Below, in pieces: positions 1-19,300 of a stretch of 64,000 nt of DNA. The notes below the pieces were generated by a model. That model did no database searches and had not been told where the DNA came from. It worked only from the letters and a program-made list of their open reading frames with translations. The stretch covers positions 1,296,721 to 1,360,720 of the forward strand of contig CM119271.1 of NCBI GenBank assembly GCA_051294375.1, in the 5' to 3' direction. Origin of the DNA: Paraspadella gotoi. Its lineage: Eukaryota > Animalia > Chaetognatha. The position numbers and the translations under genes were made by a program. Positions within the stretch are counted from its first letter, which is position 1. The number at the start of each line of letters is the position of its first letter.

Positions 1-149
1 ATTTTACTTTTTCATAGAAATATACTTATAACAGAAAGGAGTACTCTCTCTCTTCTTCCTCGATTTCTAAGAACGACGTAGACTCCTACCCTATTTACAA
101 TCAGACCCTTTCTCTCCAGAATTAAACGTATACCTTTCGTTGCTTCCAG

Positions 150-7430
<7,281 letters not shown>

Positions 7431-8160
7431 CTTTTTCTTTCTCTTTTTTTTTTGCTGGGCCTTTTTCTCCCTTGGTTTGAACCCCCCCTTCACCCAAAGT
7501 CTTTGGTTGAATACAATTTGAATCGGCGTCATTAAGGGCCTTATGACTTACCAAATTTCCATAATAATTTCCGGAAATGAATTCTCAGAATTTCGTGCTA
7601 AGACGACGTTATTCTTCTTATTAACCAGTTTTTTGTTTTACTTCAATTGTTCTTTCGTTTTGCTGTTGGGGAAAAGCGGTGAAATTGACCCCCTTTTTTT
7701 CCGTAGCACAAAATAGACATAAGAAGATTCGCAATAAGTTTGATCACTGCGTTGTAACAATCTTTGCTTTTACGAAATACTACTACTATTACTACATTTG
7801 CTACGTGATCCGTTATGTTTTAAATGGTAAGTCAGACAAAATAGTTTTTTAATCATGTACGATTTTTAAAAAAAAATTTTACAATTTTAGTCAATGAAAT
7901 ATTTATTATTTGTCTGCAGAACTCACAAAACCGCTTGTTTTATGTTTTTTTTTTGTTTTTTTTTTTTTCTACTTTTTTTTCAAACTATGCCGACGCCACT
8001 GATTTATTTTCTTATAAAAAAATTAGAAAATAATCTTTTTTACGAGTTTTAGTTCTAGCTGTTCTTATAGCATTATTTATTACGGTATTCTTTATTATCT
8101 TTCGCCCAAATTTAGTTTTAAAATTATAAGCCGAATGATTGGGAGATAATTTGGGTCAGA

Positions 8161-11100
8161 ATGGCGTCGACGCTGCTTCGAACTTGTGGCGGAAGAGACG
8201 TTCGCGCCCTAATGGGTCGCCTCTGCCGCCCTCGTATCCCATCTCGTTTGGCACGGTCCGCTTCCGCCGTCATTAAACTCGACCTGTCGTCGAACCTCGG
8301 TGTCAGGATTCGGCCTCCGAGTCAAAGCTACGCGGCTGCTGCTACAGCTGCTGCGTCGGAAAGGCCTCTCGACGAAGAAACGCTCCCATCCTCCCTTCCA
8401 AGTCTTTCCCAGCGTCACTTTATTCGTTCCTACGATCTTGCGAGCTTCTACCGCGGCCTTCCCTCACCGCCGTCTCCGGACGAGGTCCTTCAACTCCTCG
8501 CCTGCTTTACCCAACGCCTCCCCGAAGAGCGTCCCGAGGACCGCGTCAAGATGGCGGAGAAGGCGTGGCGGGAGTTCAAGGATAAAGGCGTCGTCTACGA
8601 AGCCCGACATTACAACTCCCTTGTTCGAGTCTACCTCGAAAACCGACACGCATTCGACCCGGAGGATTTTCTCGTCATGATGAGCGAGGACGGGGTGGCT
8701 ATGAACGCAGAGACTTACGCCCTCCTCCTCCAACGCTATTGCATGACGGGCGACGTCGGCGCCGCCGCCAAGACGCTAGATTTTATGCGATCCAAGGGAT
8801 TTAGCGTAGACAGGAAGATGATTAACCATCTGGTCGCCGGACATCTGCGCGCCGGGGATGAGGCCGGCGCCGCCGATTTGACCGCTCTGCTCAGACGTGG
8901 CTACGTGGAGGCCAAAGAGGACCACCTCGCTCGGGCCTTTGCTCTGGCCGAGTTGGGAGATGCCGATAGATGCTTGGAAGAGTTCGTCGATATGAAAAAA
9001 AAATTTGTCATCGAAGTGGACGAAGTTTTTGAAACGCTGACGCGATACTTAACCAACGGGCGTTCGCCGCCAGAAGCCTCCATGATCGACTCATTCTTTG
9101 ACGAGGCCGCGGTCGGGGCCAAGACGAACGGCTTTCCAAATCGCCTTTCACGGAAAGTGATGGAACTGACGACGTTGGGATTTCAAGACGAGGCCGCTCG
9201 AATTTTGCGACTCTTTCCTTCAAAATCAGGCAAAAAAAACCTTTATAAGTGGTTCCTTAAAACGTGTGTCAACAAGCTCCCCTTCGATCGTGCTCACGGT
9301 TATTGTCTCCAATTTGCGGAGGAAGGACTCATCGACGATCCGTTGCAGATTTGTCTCGACCAATTTAGATTTCTTTCCGATTCCAAGCTGAAGACGGCGT
9401 TGGAAGAGGCTAGAGCTTGCGGCGCCCTTACCGAGCAACAAATGGAAGAATTTACGTTACAACTGACGACCGATGCTAAATACCGTTCGAAGTTATTGAC
9501 AATTTTGTCTTTTGCTGTTGAGACGGATTTGGGATTCACCAAAGATGCTAAGTTCTGGAGTGATATTTTCAACAAGAACCTGACGGGTTTTCAAGAGATT
9601 AGAAGAGCTCTCGGAAGTGGCACCGCCGCAGATGTAGAGCGCGTGATAGCCGCCGGATATTTGAATTGTTTGCTGACGGCGAACGAGGATCTCCGCGTCA
9701 TCGACAAGTTTCTTCTTGATTATCCAGACGTCGAATATAGAGTCGGATATTTGGTTTCCACCATCGCCTTTCATCTCTCCAATAGGAATTTGTCAGAGCG
9801 CCACGCTATCCTCGCCTACGATTTGTTGTCCCGCCTCAAGTTGCAGCCCAATATGATTGGTCGCTATTTCAAGCGGCTCCTGTATCTTCGCGCCAGTCGG
9901 AACGTTGTCATGGACGCGATCGAACGAGTCAAGGCCGGCTCTCTGCCTCTGCCTCCGCAAACAGACTTGCTCGATCTGATCCAAATGGCTCGCTTTGATG
10001 AGATTCGCCGCGAACTGACGTCGCTGGGAAATCTAAGGATGATCCTACCGCCGTCGATGATAGAGAAGTTAGAATTGGACGATCTGCTTCGAATCGAGAC
10101 AAAAAGTTCATCGGTTCTCTTCAACGAACAGCTTTGTCGAAGAGCCGCTGAAAGAGGCGAAGAAAAACTCGCCTTGCGTGCCTTGTCCAAAATCGCTGAC
10201 TTTTCGGACCACTACGCTAACGGACTGGCCGCCATCGTCGCAATGTACGCGACGCTCAAACAGAATGGAGAAAAAGCCCGCCAATATCTCGACGAGATGT
10301 TGAAAATAAATGTCAAAGCGAACCTCTCAGTCACCGCTTTCTTTTCGCTCGTTGAAACTGTGCTCAAGAACGGAACCAATTTTAAAGACGTTGATGATCT
10401 GGCTGGAAGGATAGCCTCCTCCTATGTCAAGCTTGTCCCTGTTTATGCGGCCTTTGATCGTAACCAAGTGAACGATCATCTTCTGTTAATCACTTCCGTT
10501 GTTGAAGATCAAAAGGTTATCAAGGATTACATCCATCGTCTCTCATATTTAGGCTTGCCTTATGTTTTAGATCGCCAAATGGAATTAACTCTGCGCGACG
10601 AAGGTCTCGAGGAAGCCGTAGCAATGGCGTTGGCCCATTTTCAGAACAAAAAAATTATTTACGGCGAGGAGCCGTTGTTGAATGCCATTGTGACCAGCGA
10701 ACAAGTCGAGGTTCTCAAAAAATATATGACAATGGCCAACAGTCAATACGGAGAAAGACACGCCCTGCTCAAGCTCGCCTTTGCCCTGTACAAGAGCGAG
10801 AAGTTCGTTCAGGGAAAACGAATCCTCAAAATTCCGGGTTTACGATCGGAAGATGGCAACGTAAGGGAATTTTGCGAGAGGATGCTGAGCGACGAACGCT
10901 TTGTTGCGTTGCATCGGTTCAGCGAAGACTGCTGCTGCGTGTTTGGGATTGATCACGCGATCCTCGCCTCGTTCAAGATGAAAGCCTTGGTAGGTCTCGG
11001 CCAAGACGTAGCCGCCGTGGATTTTTACAATGAAATGTTGCGAGACAATCGGCGGATCGAGCCGGAGATGAAGAGGATCGTCGCCGGTTTGTACAAAAAG

Positions 11101-12045
11101 CTGGGAATTGAGTTCACTGAGAAATTGGTGGAGGCGGACCAGACCTCGACCAGTTCAACTTTAACGACCTCTTGCCAACGGGCAAAAGCCGCACTTCTTC
11201 GCGGTGAAATCGATAGAGTCATGAGGGAAATCGAAAACGGATCCGAATTCTCAGCTGATTTCTATGAATACCTCGTTGCTAATCACTTTGACAGGGACCC
11301 TGGCCAGATAGTAAAAGCGTTGATGCTCAAGGATAACGTCGAGGCCCTGAAGTCATTGGCGGCCCTGTTTCCAAGACGTGGGGTGGAAGAAGCCATCGCT
11401 TTCGTCTACCTTCGAAGTCAACGAGTCAAAGAGCTCATTCTTCAGTGTCGGGACGAAGAATTGGAGAATTTTTTAACGGAGGACACGCTTCAATTGGCGG
11501 CGATCAGGGATGACGGAAGCTTCGCGACTCTGACCCGTTTTGCCGAGGAAAAGTTGGCCGCGGGCGGCAAGAGTTATCTCGTCCTGGCGACCAACGTGTT
11601 TAAGGTCCTACTCAAAACCGGAGAAGTCGACGAGGCCCATCGTTGGGTCCTCAAATTTCCAAAAGTTTTCAAAGATCCGTTCCTCTCCATGAGGGACGTT
11701 TATTCAATCTTCGTTCTATCGAATGTGAGTGATTGGAAGGACGCCCCGAAATCCTTCGTGCAGCTCGCGCTCGACCGGATCTTTTATCTGGCCTTAAGTT
11801 TTAAGGAACCCTCTCAGATTCGCAGAATCTTACAACGTTACCAAAAGAAGGAGATTGAGGCTCCCGATCATCTCAAGCGCCAAGCCCGAGAAATCGTTGG
11901 TGACTTGCGAATCTCTAATCGAGAACGAGCGAGGAAAATGAAAGAAAAGGAAAGCGCAGATGAAGTCGAGGAAGAGATGAAATTGTTCATTGAGGAATTG
12001 AGTAGCATCGAGTCACTCGAAGATGAAAGAGTAACTTCGTCATAA
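8161..12045 (+). CDS. LRPPRC: Leucine-rich PPR motif-containing protein, mitochondrial (intronless, 1294 aa)
   Basis: Arg/Ser/Leu-rich targeting-like N-terminus, PPR motifs (HYNSLVRVYLEN, TYALLLQRYCMTGDVGAA) and the LRPPRC-like segment LAFALYKSEKFVQGKRILKIPGLR. Confidence 0.85.
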   Translation: MASTLLRTCGGRDVRALMGRLCRPRIPSRLARSASAVIKLDLSSNLGVRIRPPSQSYAAAATAAASERPLDEETLPSSLPSLSQRHFIRSYDLASFYRGLPSPPSPDEVLQLLACFTQRLPEERPEDRVKMAEKAWREFKDKGVVYEARHYNSLVRVYLENRHAFDPEDFLVMMSEDGVAMNAETYALLLQRYCMTGDVGAAAKTLDFMRSKGFSVDRKMINHLVAGHLRAGDEAGAADLTALLRRGYVEAKEDHLARAFALAELGDADRCLEEFVDMKKKFVIEVDEVFETLTRYLTNGRSPPEASMIDSFFDEAAVGAKTNGFPNRLSRKVMELTTLGFQDEAARILRLFPSKSGKKNLYKWFLKTCVNKLPFDRAHGYCLQFAEEGLIDDPLQICLDQFRFLSDSKLKTALEEARACGALTEQQMEEFTLQLTTDAKYRSKLLTILSFAVETDLGFTKDAKFWSDIFNKNLTGFQEIRRALGSGTAADVERVIAAGYLNCLLTANEDLRVIDKFLLDYPDVEYRVGYLVSTIAFHLSNRNLSERHAILAYDLLSRLKLQPNMIGRYFKRLLYLRASRNVVMDAIERVKAGSLPLPPQTDLLDLIQMARFDEIRRELTSLGNLRMILPPSMIEKLELDDLLRIETKSSSVLFNEQLCRRAAERGEEKLALRALSKIADFSDHYANGLAAIVAMYATLKQNGEKARQYLDEMLKINVKANLSVTAFFSLVETVLKNGTNFKDVDDLAGRIASSYVKLVPVYAAFDRNQVNDHLLLITSVVEDQKVIKDYIHRLSYLGLPYVLDRQMELTLRDEGLEEAVAMALAHFQNKKIIYGEEPLLNAIVTSEQVEVLKKYMTMANSQYGERHALLKLAFALYKSEKFVQGKRILKIPGLRSEDGNVREFCERMLSDERFVALHRFSEDCCCVFGIDHAILASFKMKALVGLGQDVAAVDFYNEMLRDNRRIEPEMKRIVAGLYKKLGIEFTEKLVEADQTSTSSTLTTSCQRAKAALLRGEIDRVMREIENGSEFSADFYEYLVANHFDRDPGQIVKALMLKDNVEALKSLAALFPRRGVEEAIAFVYLRSQRVKELILQCRDEELENFLTEDTLQLAAIRDDGSFATLTRFAEEKLAAGGKSYLVLATNVFKVLLKTGEVDEAHRWVLKFPKVFKDPFLSMRDVYSIFVLSNVSDWKDAPKSFVQLALDRIFYLALSFKEPSQIRRILQRYQKKEIEAPDHLKRQAREIVGDLRISNRERARKMKEKESADEVEEEMKLFIEELSSIESLEDERVTSS

Positions 12046-12110
12046 TTGTAACTCTCCGCGTCGCGAAGTGCGTAGCAGAGAAGTGTAAAGATCACATAGA
12101 ATTATAGAAA

Positions 12111-12868
12111 AACAAGTTTGAGCAAACAATATCGGATCTTCCCTCGATCATTAGCGGTAATTACTTAATTTTTTTATTAATTCAAGTTAATTTCAATATT
12201 TGTTTTGAGGTATTTTCGTCACTGACCACGACAAAAGCAACGACGACGATGATGGCGACGACGAAAATAATGCCGATAACGATTGACTTGATTGATTAAT
12301 TAAATAATTAATAGATAAATAAATTGATTTATTGAATAATAAATTGAATGATTTGATTATTTAATTGACTAATTGATTAATTAACTGATTAATTGTTTGA
12401 TTAATTAATACATCTTGCATTTAATCTAAAAAGAAAAAGAAGAATAATCAATTAGTGAAACAGGTTTTTTGTGTTTTTTCTATTTAAACTTATTTCCACT
12501 TAGACGATTCCTACCCACATAAAAAGTTTCATCACCATCCATTCATGAGTAATTGGCGTTCAAATAGGAAATTTATTTTTTAATTTAACCACATTTCCAC
12601 TCGCACGCTTCCATCTAAACTTCATATCCACCTCAATTGCACACTTCCCTAGCCACACACCAAATTTCATCCCAATCCATCCATCCAATCACGAGTTTTT
12701 TGCTAAGGTGGGACGGATGGACGGACATAATTTTTGTTGCATAATTTATCATAATTTGATGTTCTGACATGATATAATTGAGTGCCCGACAAAATTTAGG
12801 GGGCGGACGGAGGGACCGACAAAGTTAATTATAGAGTCGGTATCTGCTGTAAGCTGATCCGACTAAAA
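12111..12868. mobile_element. Helentron/DINE-1-like repeat, family 1, copy 2
   Basis: Runs from aacaagtttgagcaaacaatatcggatct to agagtcggtatctgctgtaagctgatccgact and is colinear with 2421-3212. Confidence 0.65.
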
Positions 12869-13009
12869 AGTAACAAACAGGGTAGTACTTATATATTAAT
12901 AGGAGAAAAACCCTAATAATATCTAGTTTTCTAATATGTGGCAGTCTACGTGCTCCCCGCGCAAATTTGTTAGTATTATGGTGGACTAAAATCCACCAAC
13001 AGTTCATCA

Positions 13010-13160
13010 GCGGCCATTGGTGCCGGAGGCAAGTCATTCGCCTCCCAACCCAAAGGTCCGGGGTTCTAGCCCGGTGGTCGTCTGGCAGTTAAGAGGGACG
13101 GGGCGCTTAACCCGCCTGTAACATGGTGTTACAGCCTGATCCGAAGCTCAGGGACTGCTT
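13010..13160 (+). mobile_element. tRNA-Gly(CCC)-derived pseudo-tRNA / SINE-like element
   Basis: Acceptor stem gcggcca/tggtcgt, T-arm ccggg-gttctag-cccgg (B box) and CT-CCC-AA loop are present, but the anticodon stem is broken. A GC-rich non-tRNA tail follows. Confidence 0.55.
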
Positions 13161-13350
13161 ATATTGAACGGTTCTGTCATTAACACTTATCAATAATTAC
13201 TGTCTCTTCAGTATTTATTTAAAGATACTTGCTAAGACGGGATCGCTTGCTGGTTCTTTGTTGAGCGATCGTTTGTTCTCGCTTTCATTTTGTTTTCGAT
13301 ACCTCAACAGTCGATAATCCTTTTGTTTCAACTGAGCCTGAAAAATAAAA

Positions 13351-16300
13351 ATGGAAGCCGCTTTGGAATCCCTGAAGGAACTTTATGTTTCTGAGAAAGA
13401 GGGTGACGACGATAAGGGCGCAGGAACGCCGGAGATGCCTGTCAAGACCATCTTGAGAGCGATGAAGATAGCTGGCGGTGAACCCTTTCCGCAGATATTC
13501 GTCGACGCAAAGACCGAAGGTGCTTTAAAAATAGGGTTGAAGGGTATCTATTAAGGCGTAGTGAAAGTTACATACGAAAATTCTAAAAGTCAATTATGAA
13601 TAACATACCATCAGTGAACATTTATTTGTAAAAAATATTAATTTTATGTTTTTTAATTTTTGCAGTAGGCTATATTTATATATAGTATTATCCTTATAAA
13701 ATCGAAAAATTTCAAAATAGGCTTTTCTTAATTTTGATTGCAGATTTGAATTCCTCGTCAAAAGTTGATAAAATAAAGTATAAATCATTTTTAAAAATTC
13801 TTTCATTAAGTGGGGTAAAAATTAAAAAAACTATATTTAATATATAAAAAGTTGATTTTCAGCTTAAAATACAGCTTTTTTTAAGTTTTGACCCACTTAA
13901 TGAAGGAATTTTTCAAAAAGAGTTATATTTCTTGCTATCAACTTTTTATGACAAATCCAAATCTGCAAAAATATCTTAGAAAAAACTGTTTTGAAATTTT
14001 AACATTTATTGGTTTAGTACTAGTATAAATATGGCCTACTGCGTAAATTGAAAAATTTATTATACATTTTTTATTACATAAATGTTCATTAGTATAATGT
14101 TTATTCCTCACTTTTAGAATTTTAATTAAAGTTAAATTTAGAAATTTTACTACGCCTTAGTATCTTTGCGTTACATCCGTTGATGGAGTTGCTTTACGGA
14201 GGATCCTGTAAGGACGAGTGGTATTCTATCATGTTGTTCTTCCCCACCAACAAAGTGAGCATCTGCTCTGCAAACGCGACATCTCCCGAGAGAAAAACGA
14301 AGAGGAAACCTCCTCTTCCCCGCCTTCTCTTCCCCCTCCCGTACGCTACCTTAGTACGCCGACACGAGACAATCACTTCTTCTGTTCGCGTTTTGCGCTC
14401 AGTCTCCCGGTTTTTTCGAAAATATTTTTGATTATTTTTTGTTGAATAATTCTGCATATTTTTTCGTTTCTCTTTTTTTGGAGTTCAGAATACAGATATT
14501 CTTCAACACGTGGCGGTTTGAAGTTCTCTTCGCGACCGCCATCTTTTTCGTCTTCGTTGTGCGTGGCTTCGGAGGGAAGAGCCTTGACTCGGCCCTTTCG
14601 CTTGCCCTCGACGCACCCTGCGTGGCTGCGGAGGGAAGAGCTGTGACTCGGCCCTCTCGTTTGCCCACGGCGCATAGTACGGCTGCAGGGGGGAAGAACT
14701 ATTTTTCGCCCCCTGTTTGTCAGTGCTCTCCGTTTTTTGGACTGAGGCGCGTGTTTTTCAACTCGACTACCCTCATGTCTCTTCCGCCGCCGCCTTCGCC
14801 GCCGCCTCCACACATCAGCCATTCCGGGCTTTTCTGGTCAGGCCGAAGTCATGCCCTTTCAGATGGAGGCAGTTCTTCTCCAAATTAGCAACGCTCTCTC
14901 TAGCGTTCGTCGCGAATTTAAGGAGTTTCGCCGCTCGTCTCGTTCCGAGTTGGAGAGTTCGGCGGTGAGTTCTTCTCTCTTTTCGTTTTTGTTTTTCGCC
15001 TTTTTTGGCGTACATTCGGCGTACAGAGGGGTTTTCCTCCTGTGCCCCACCTAACTCGACTTTGTTTGTTTGTTTTTTGTCGGGCCTTCGCCTGGTCTTG
15101 TTACGGGCTCACTTTGTTGGTGGGAAGAACAACATGATAAAATTTGTGGTTCCAAATGGAACCGGGATTCTTCATGGTTCTTCCCCACCAACAACCACCC
15201 ACCGTCCACCCCTGGCACCACCGGTGGTGGAGGGCGCTCAGGCTCGCTTGTCTTGTTGGTGGGGTGTTTTTTTGGGGTTCTTTTTTTGAGACTGTCATTT
15301 TTCAATGATTTCTCTTTTTTTCCATGTATGTTTCTTCATGGTTCTTGGACGCCTCTGTTCGCCATTTCGTCGTTCTTCGTCGGTCTTCGTTGTACGCCAG
15401 CGACTTGGAGTCTTCGCGTTCTTTGGCGGCCTCTTCGGCGGCGGATCGGCCTTCACGCTCCGAGAGGGTGACTGTGTCACCCCTTCCTCGAGCCCCATCT
15501 GCGCGAGTCGACGACGACGCCTCCGTTTCCGGATCAGAGGAGGGTTCCTCCTCTGAAGAGTCTGCTGAGGGGTTTGACAACTTCTTGTCTCGTCGTGCTT
15601 CTGTACAGCCTTCGGAGTGGGTCCTTCAGCATTGGAGGTTCTTGCGCAGAGTTGGCCAGGACGACGTTCTTTTCCGTCGTGGGACATGCTTTCCGCCAAG
15701 ACGCGTTTCCGGCGCTGGTCGGATGTCTCTTCGCCGGCGGATTTTTCGTCCTCCTGCTCGAGAGTTGCCTTGCCGCTCAGTTCGACGCCGTTCGGAAGGA
15801 CTCCAAGACGACGCGCGCTTTCAAGGCTTTTGAGCGCATCATGAGAGACGCCGGGAGCGTCCGCTCATGCTGTCCTTTCTGTCGTTGACGCTCTCCGCCT
15901 CATGGTTGAGGCCCTTCGCTCGGGCCCTCTCTGAGTCTCGGCGCTTTGTTGTCGACGCTGCCCCTTCGGATTTCAAGACAGTTCTGTCCAGTTCTCCGCC
16001 CTCCACGTCGTTCTTTTTCAGAGACCGCTCCACAGACATCACTCAAGCGTTCCATTCTTCGCTTCTCCGCTCCGGGGCGCCACACTATTGCGCCTGTTCT
16101 GTTAGCCGCAAGCGTGGGCGTGGCAGTCCGCGTAGTCCCGCTCGCCGTCCCTACCGGTCTCGCAAGTCTTCGTCGCCTCCCAAGCGTAGGGGCGGGGCTC
16201 CAGGGACGTCAAGGACGCCAACTGATCGCCCGACAGCTCTTTCGGCCGTTGCTTCGTCCGGCCGTCAGTTTCTCCAGACCCGGTTTTCGTCCATGGACTG

Positions 16301-19300
16301 GTTTTTTGCGGTTTCTCATCCCCCCCTTCTACGACGTCCGGTAGACACATTTAAATCCGATTCTTTTTAAGATAGAAATCTCAGGAAAACGGCATTCTTT
16401 TCCTTTTTTTCCGTTCTATCTGAATATATGACTTTTGTTAGACTTTTTAAAATTCTTGGCCCTCCCCAGGAGCGCCAAAGTGCCATGAGCATCAAAATTC
16501 ACATATATTCGTAGATTTCTTGAACAAGTTCTATTTAAATTTAATTTTCTAATATAATTAGTTCATTCCTGACTAGAATATTGCATTGCAAGTTAGTTAA
16601 TATATTTAAAAAATAGTTTTAGGTGCTTATTATGTTGAAAAACTATTTTTACAAACCGGAAGTTATCAAAAACAGCAAAAAATTAGTTCTAAAGCTACGA
16701 ACTACTTTTATAAATTCGTTAGATATGTTACATGTTCTTTTTTATCATTTATTTCAAAAGTTTAATTATGCAGACGCGCAAGCTTTTTTACTTTAACTTT
16801 GATGTTTAAAATGACTGATGAACTTTCATTGTATTTTATGTCAGATACCTAAATCAATAATACCAATATATATTGTTATAATAGAGAAATATGGTGTAAA
16901 GAATTAAAAAAAATAAAAAACTGAATAAAGAAAAAGTCAATCTCTTGAACCTTTAAACCTTCCCTAAATCATGGTGGTGGATGATCCCAACCACCACGGC
17001 CGCACAATGACTCCCCCGTCTCCGCTCGCTGAGACAGAGGGAGACCTCTGGAAAGGCAATAAGCAACCAATGCCCTCTAATCACCTGTCGCAACTATGAC
17101 TCTCCTCAGAGAAGTTGTCAAGCCAAATGACAGCTTCAGACGAATAAAGGGGAAAGCTCAAGTCCTCATTTAAAATCAGCACGGACAATAAACACATTTT
17201 TCTTAACTAGCTTTAAAGCTACAAATCATAGGTGACCACCATTCGATTCATTTTTTATTGCTCAATCTATATATGTCACTTTTGATATACTGGATTCCTG
17301 ATTTCTGGAACAGGCAGCTTTTTTATCTCAAGATGTATATTACTATCAGGAATACTGAGATTGAGAGATAGTGAATAGGAAATGAAGGAAAAAGAATGTT
17401 TAGGTTCAGTTAATTGTTTAAAATAGAACTATTTATTAAATATAAATGTAGAAAATATTAACTTGAAAAAATTATAAAAACTGTAATAGTAACTAACATT
17501 AACTAAATCAATTTCATTTAATACCAAAAAAATTTTGTATTAAAAAATAAAAGGATAGATAAGAATAGATAAGAGATAGAAGGGAAATAATAAGACAAAA
17601 TTAATAAAGAGAGCTCAACATAAAGATAGCCACCCCTACGTGGACAAATAAAAGGTAGTACCGATAAGATTGGGTCATGAGAGGGTCAAGTCAACCTCAG
17701 TTTCTTTACCGACTAAACTGTTATATGTGGGTCACTGGGTCAGGTAATGTTTCCGTGAGGAACAGATCTAGTGCGACTCAATTTGACTTTAAATACCTGC
17801 CAGTTGCCCTCTTTTCAGATAAGGTAGGCCAGGGCCTGTCCGTGCTGATTTTAAAATTTGGTTGCTACAGGTGATTAGAGGGCATTGGTTGCTTATTGCT
17901 TTTCCAGAGGTCTCCCTCTGCCTCGGTGAGTAGAGACGGGGAGTCATTGTGCGACCGTGGTGATCGGGATCATCCACCACCACAATTTAGAGAAGGTTCA
18001 AGGGTTCAAGAGATTGACTTTTTGTTTATTCACTCTTTTTTTTCGTTGTTTGTCTTGCATATTTTTTTTTTTGTGGTTTTTAAATTGAGTTTGAAATAAA
18101 GATGAAGTCTTTTACAACAACAATTACATTTAATTTTTTTTTGTAATGTCTTTACACTATATTTCTCTATTATAACAATATATATTGGTATTATTGATTT
18201 GGGTATCTGACATAAAATACAATGAAAGTTCATCAGCCATTTTAAACGTCAAAGTTAAGGTAAAAAGGCTTGTGCGTCTGCATAATTAAACTATATCTAA
18301 TAATTAAATAAAATATTTAAATTATACTTTTGAAATAAATAATAAAAAAGAACATATAACATATCTAGCAAATTGATAAAATTAGTTTGTATCTTTAGAA
18401 CTAATTTTTTGCTGTTTTTGGTAACTTCCGGTTTGTAAAAATAGTTTTTCAAACATAATAAGCACCTAAAACTATTTTTTTAATATATTAACTAACTTGC
18501 AATGCAATATTCTAGTCAGGAATGAACTAATTATATTAGAAAATTAAATTTAAATAGAACTTGTTCAAGAAATCTACGAATATATGTGAATTTTGATGCT
18601 CGTGGCACTTTGGCGCTCCTGGGGAGGCCAAGAATTTTAAAAAGTCTAACAAAAGTCATATATTCAGATAGAACGGAAAAAAAGGAAAAGAATGCCGTTT
18701 TCCTGAGATTTCTATCTTAAAAAGAATCGGATTTAAATGTGTCTAACGTCCGGTCAAGTGGGCGTGGCGCTTCACCGGAAGTCTTCACGGGATTCCCCCC
18801 TCTTGGTTTGCTTGGTTACGAGTGATTCTGTCTCGTGTCGGCGTACTGAGGTAGCGTACGGGAGGGGGAAGAGAAGGCGGGGAAGAGGTTTCCTCTTCGT
18901 TTTTCTCTCGGGAGATGTCGCGTTTGCAGAGCAGATGCTCACTTTGTTGTGGGAAGAACCATGAAGAATCCCGGTTCCATTTGGAACCACAAATTTGTTT
19001 CACAGGGCAAAGGTGGGAACTCGCGGCGAAAACTCAGATCAACAAGAACAAAAAGCTGTGGGCCCGCGACTGCGCCAAAGCGGCCGACAAAGCGGCAAAG
19101 GAGATGGACAGGGAAACGGAGGATGCTGCCAGGAGACAGAAGAATTTGGAAGAGGCCAAAGATCTCGGTTAGTGGGCGCTGCTGCTTCTGCTGAGATTAA
19201 TGATTATGTATTTTAAAAACTTTTATTAAAGATTCAGATTTTTCATAAAAAATTGAAACAAAAATATAAAACATGTTATTAAAAATTATGTTTTCAGCTT

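Larger units (their letters stand above)
14224..18996 (+). mobile_element. Non-autonomous DIRS-type (tyrosine-recombinase) retrotransposon with ITRs and ICR
   Basis: ITRs ~14239-14377 and 18821-18959, each with a unique outer extension. 15107-15194 is the reverse complement of left end plus right end joined (ICR). Termini are TTC/TTT with no TSD. A decayed gag-like frame lies on +; no RT/RNaseH/YR ORF is visible. Confidence 0.85.

Noticed and set aside
13010-13082. Functional tRNA-Gly gene
   Set aside because: Anticodon stem does not pair and the D-arm is degenerate.
14180-16370. Dense overlapping ORFs on both strands as host genes
   Set aside because: They lie inside the DIRS element; GC-rich decayed gag frames and their antisense shadows.
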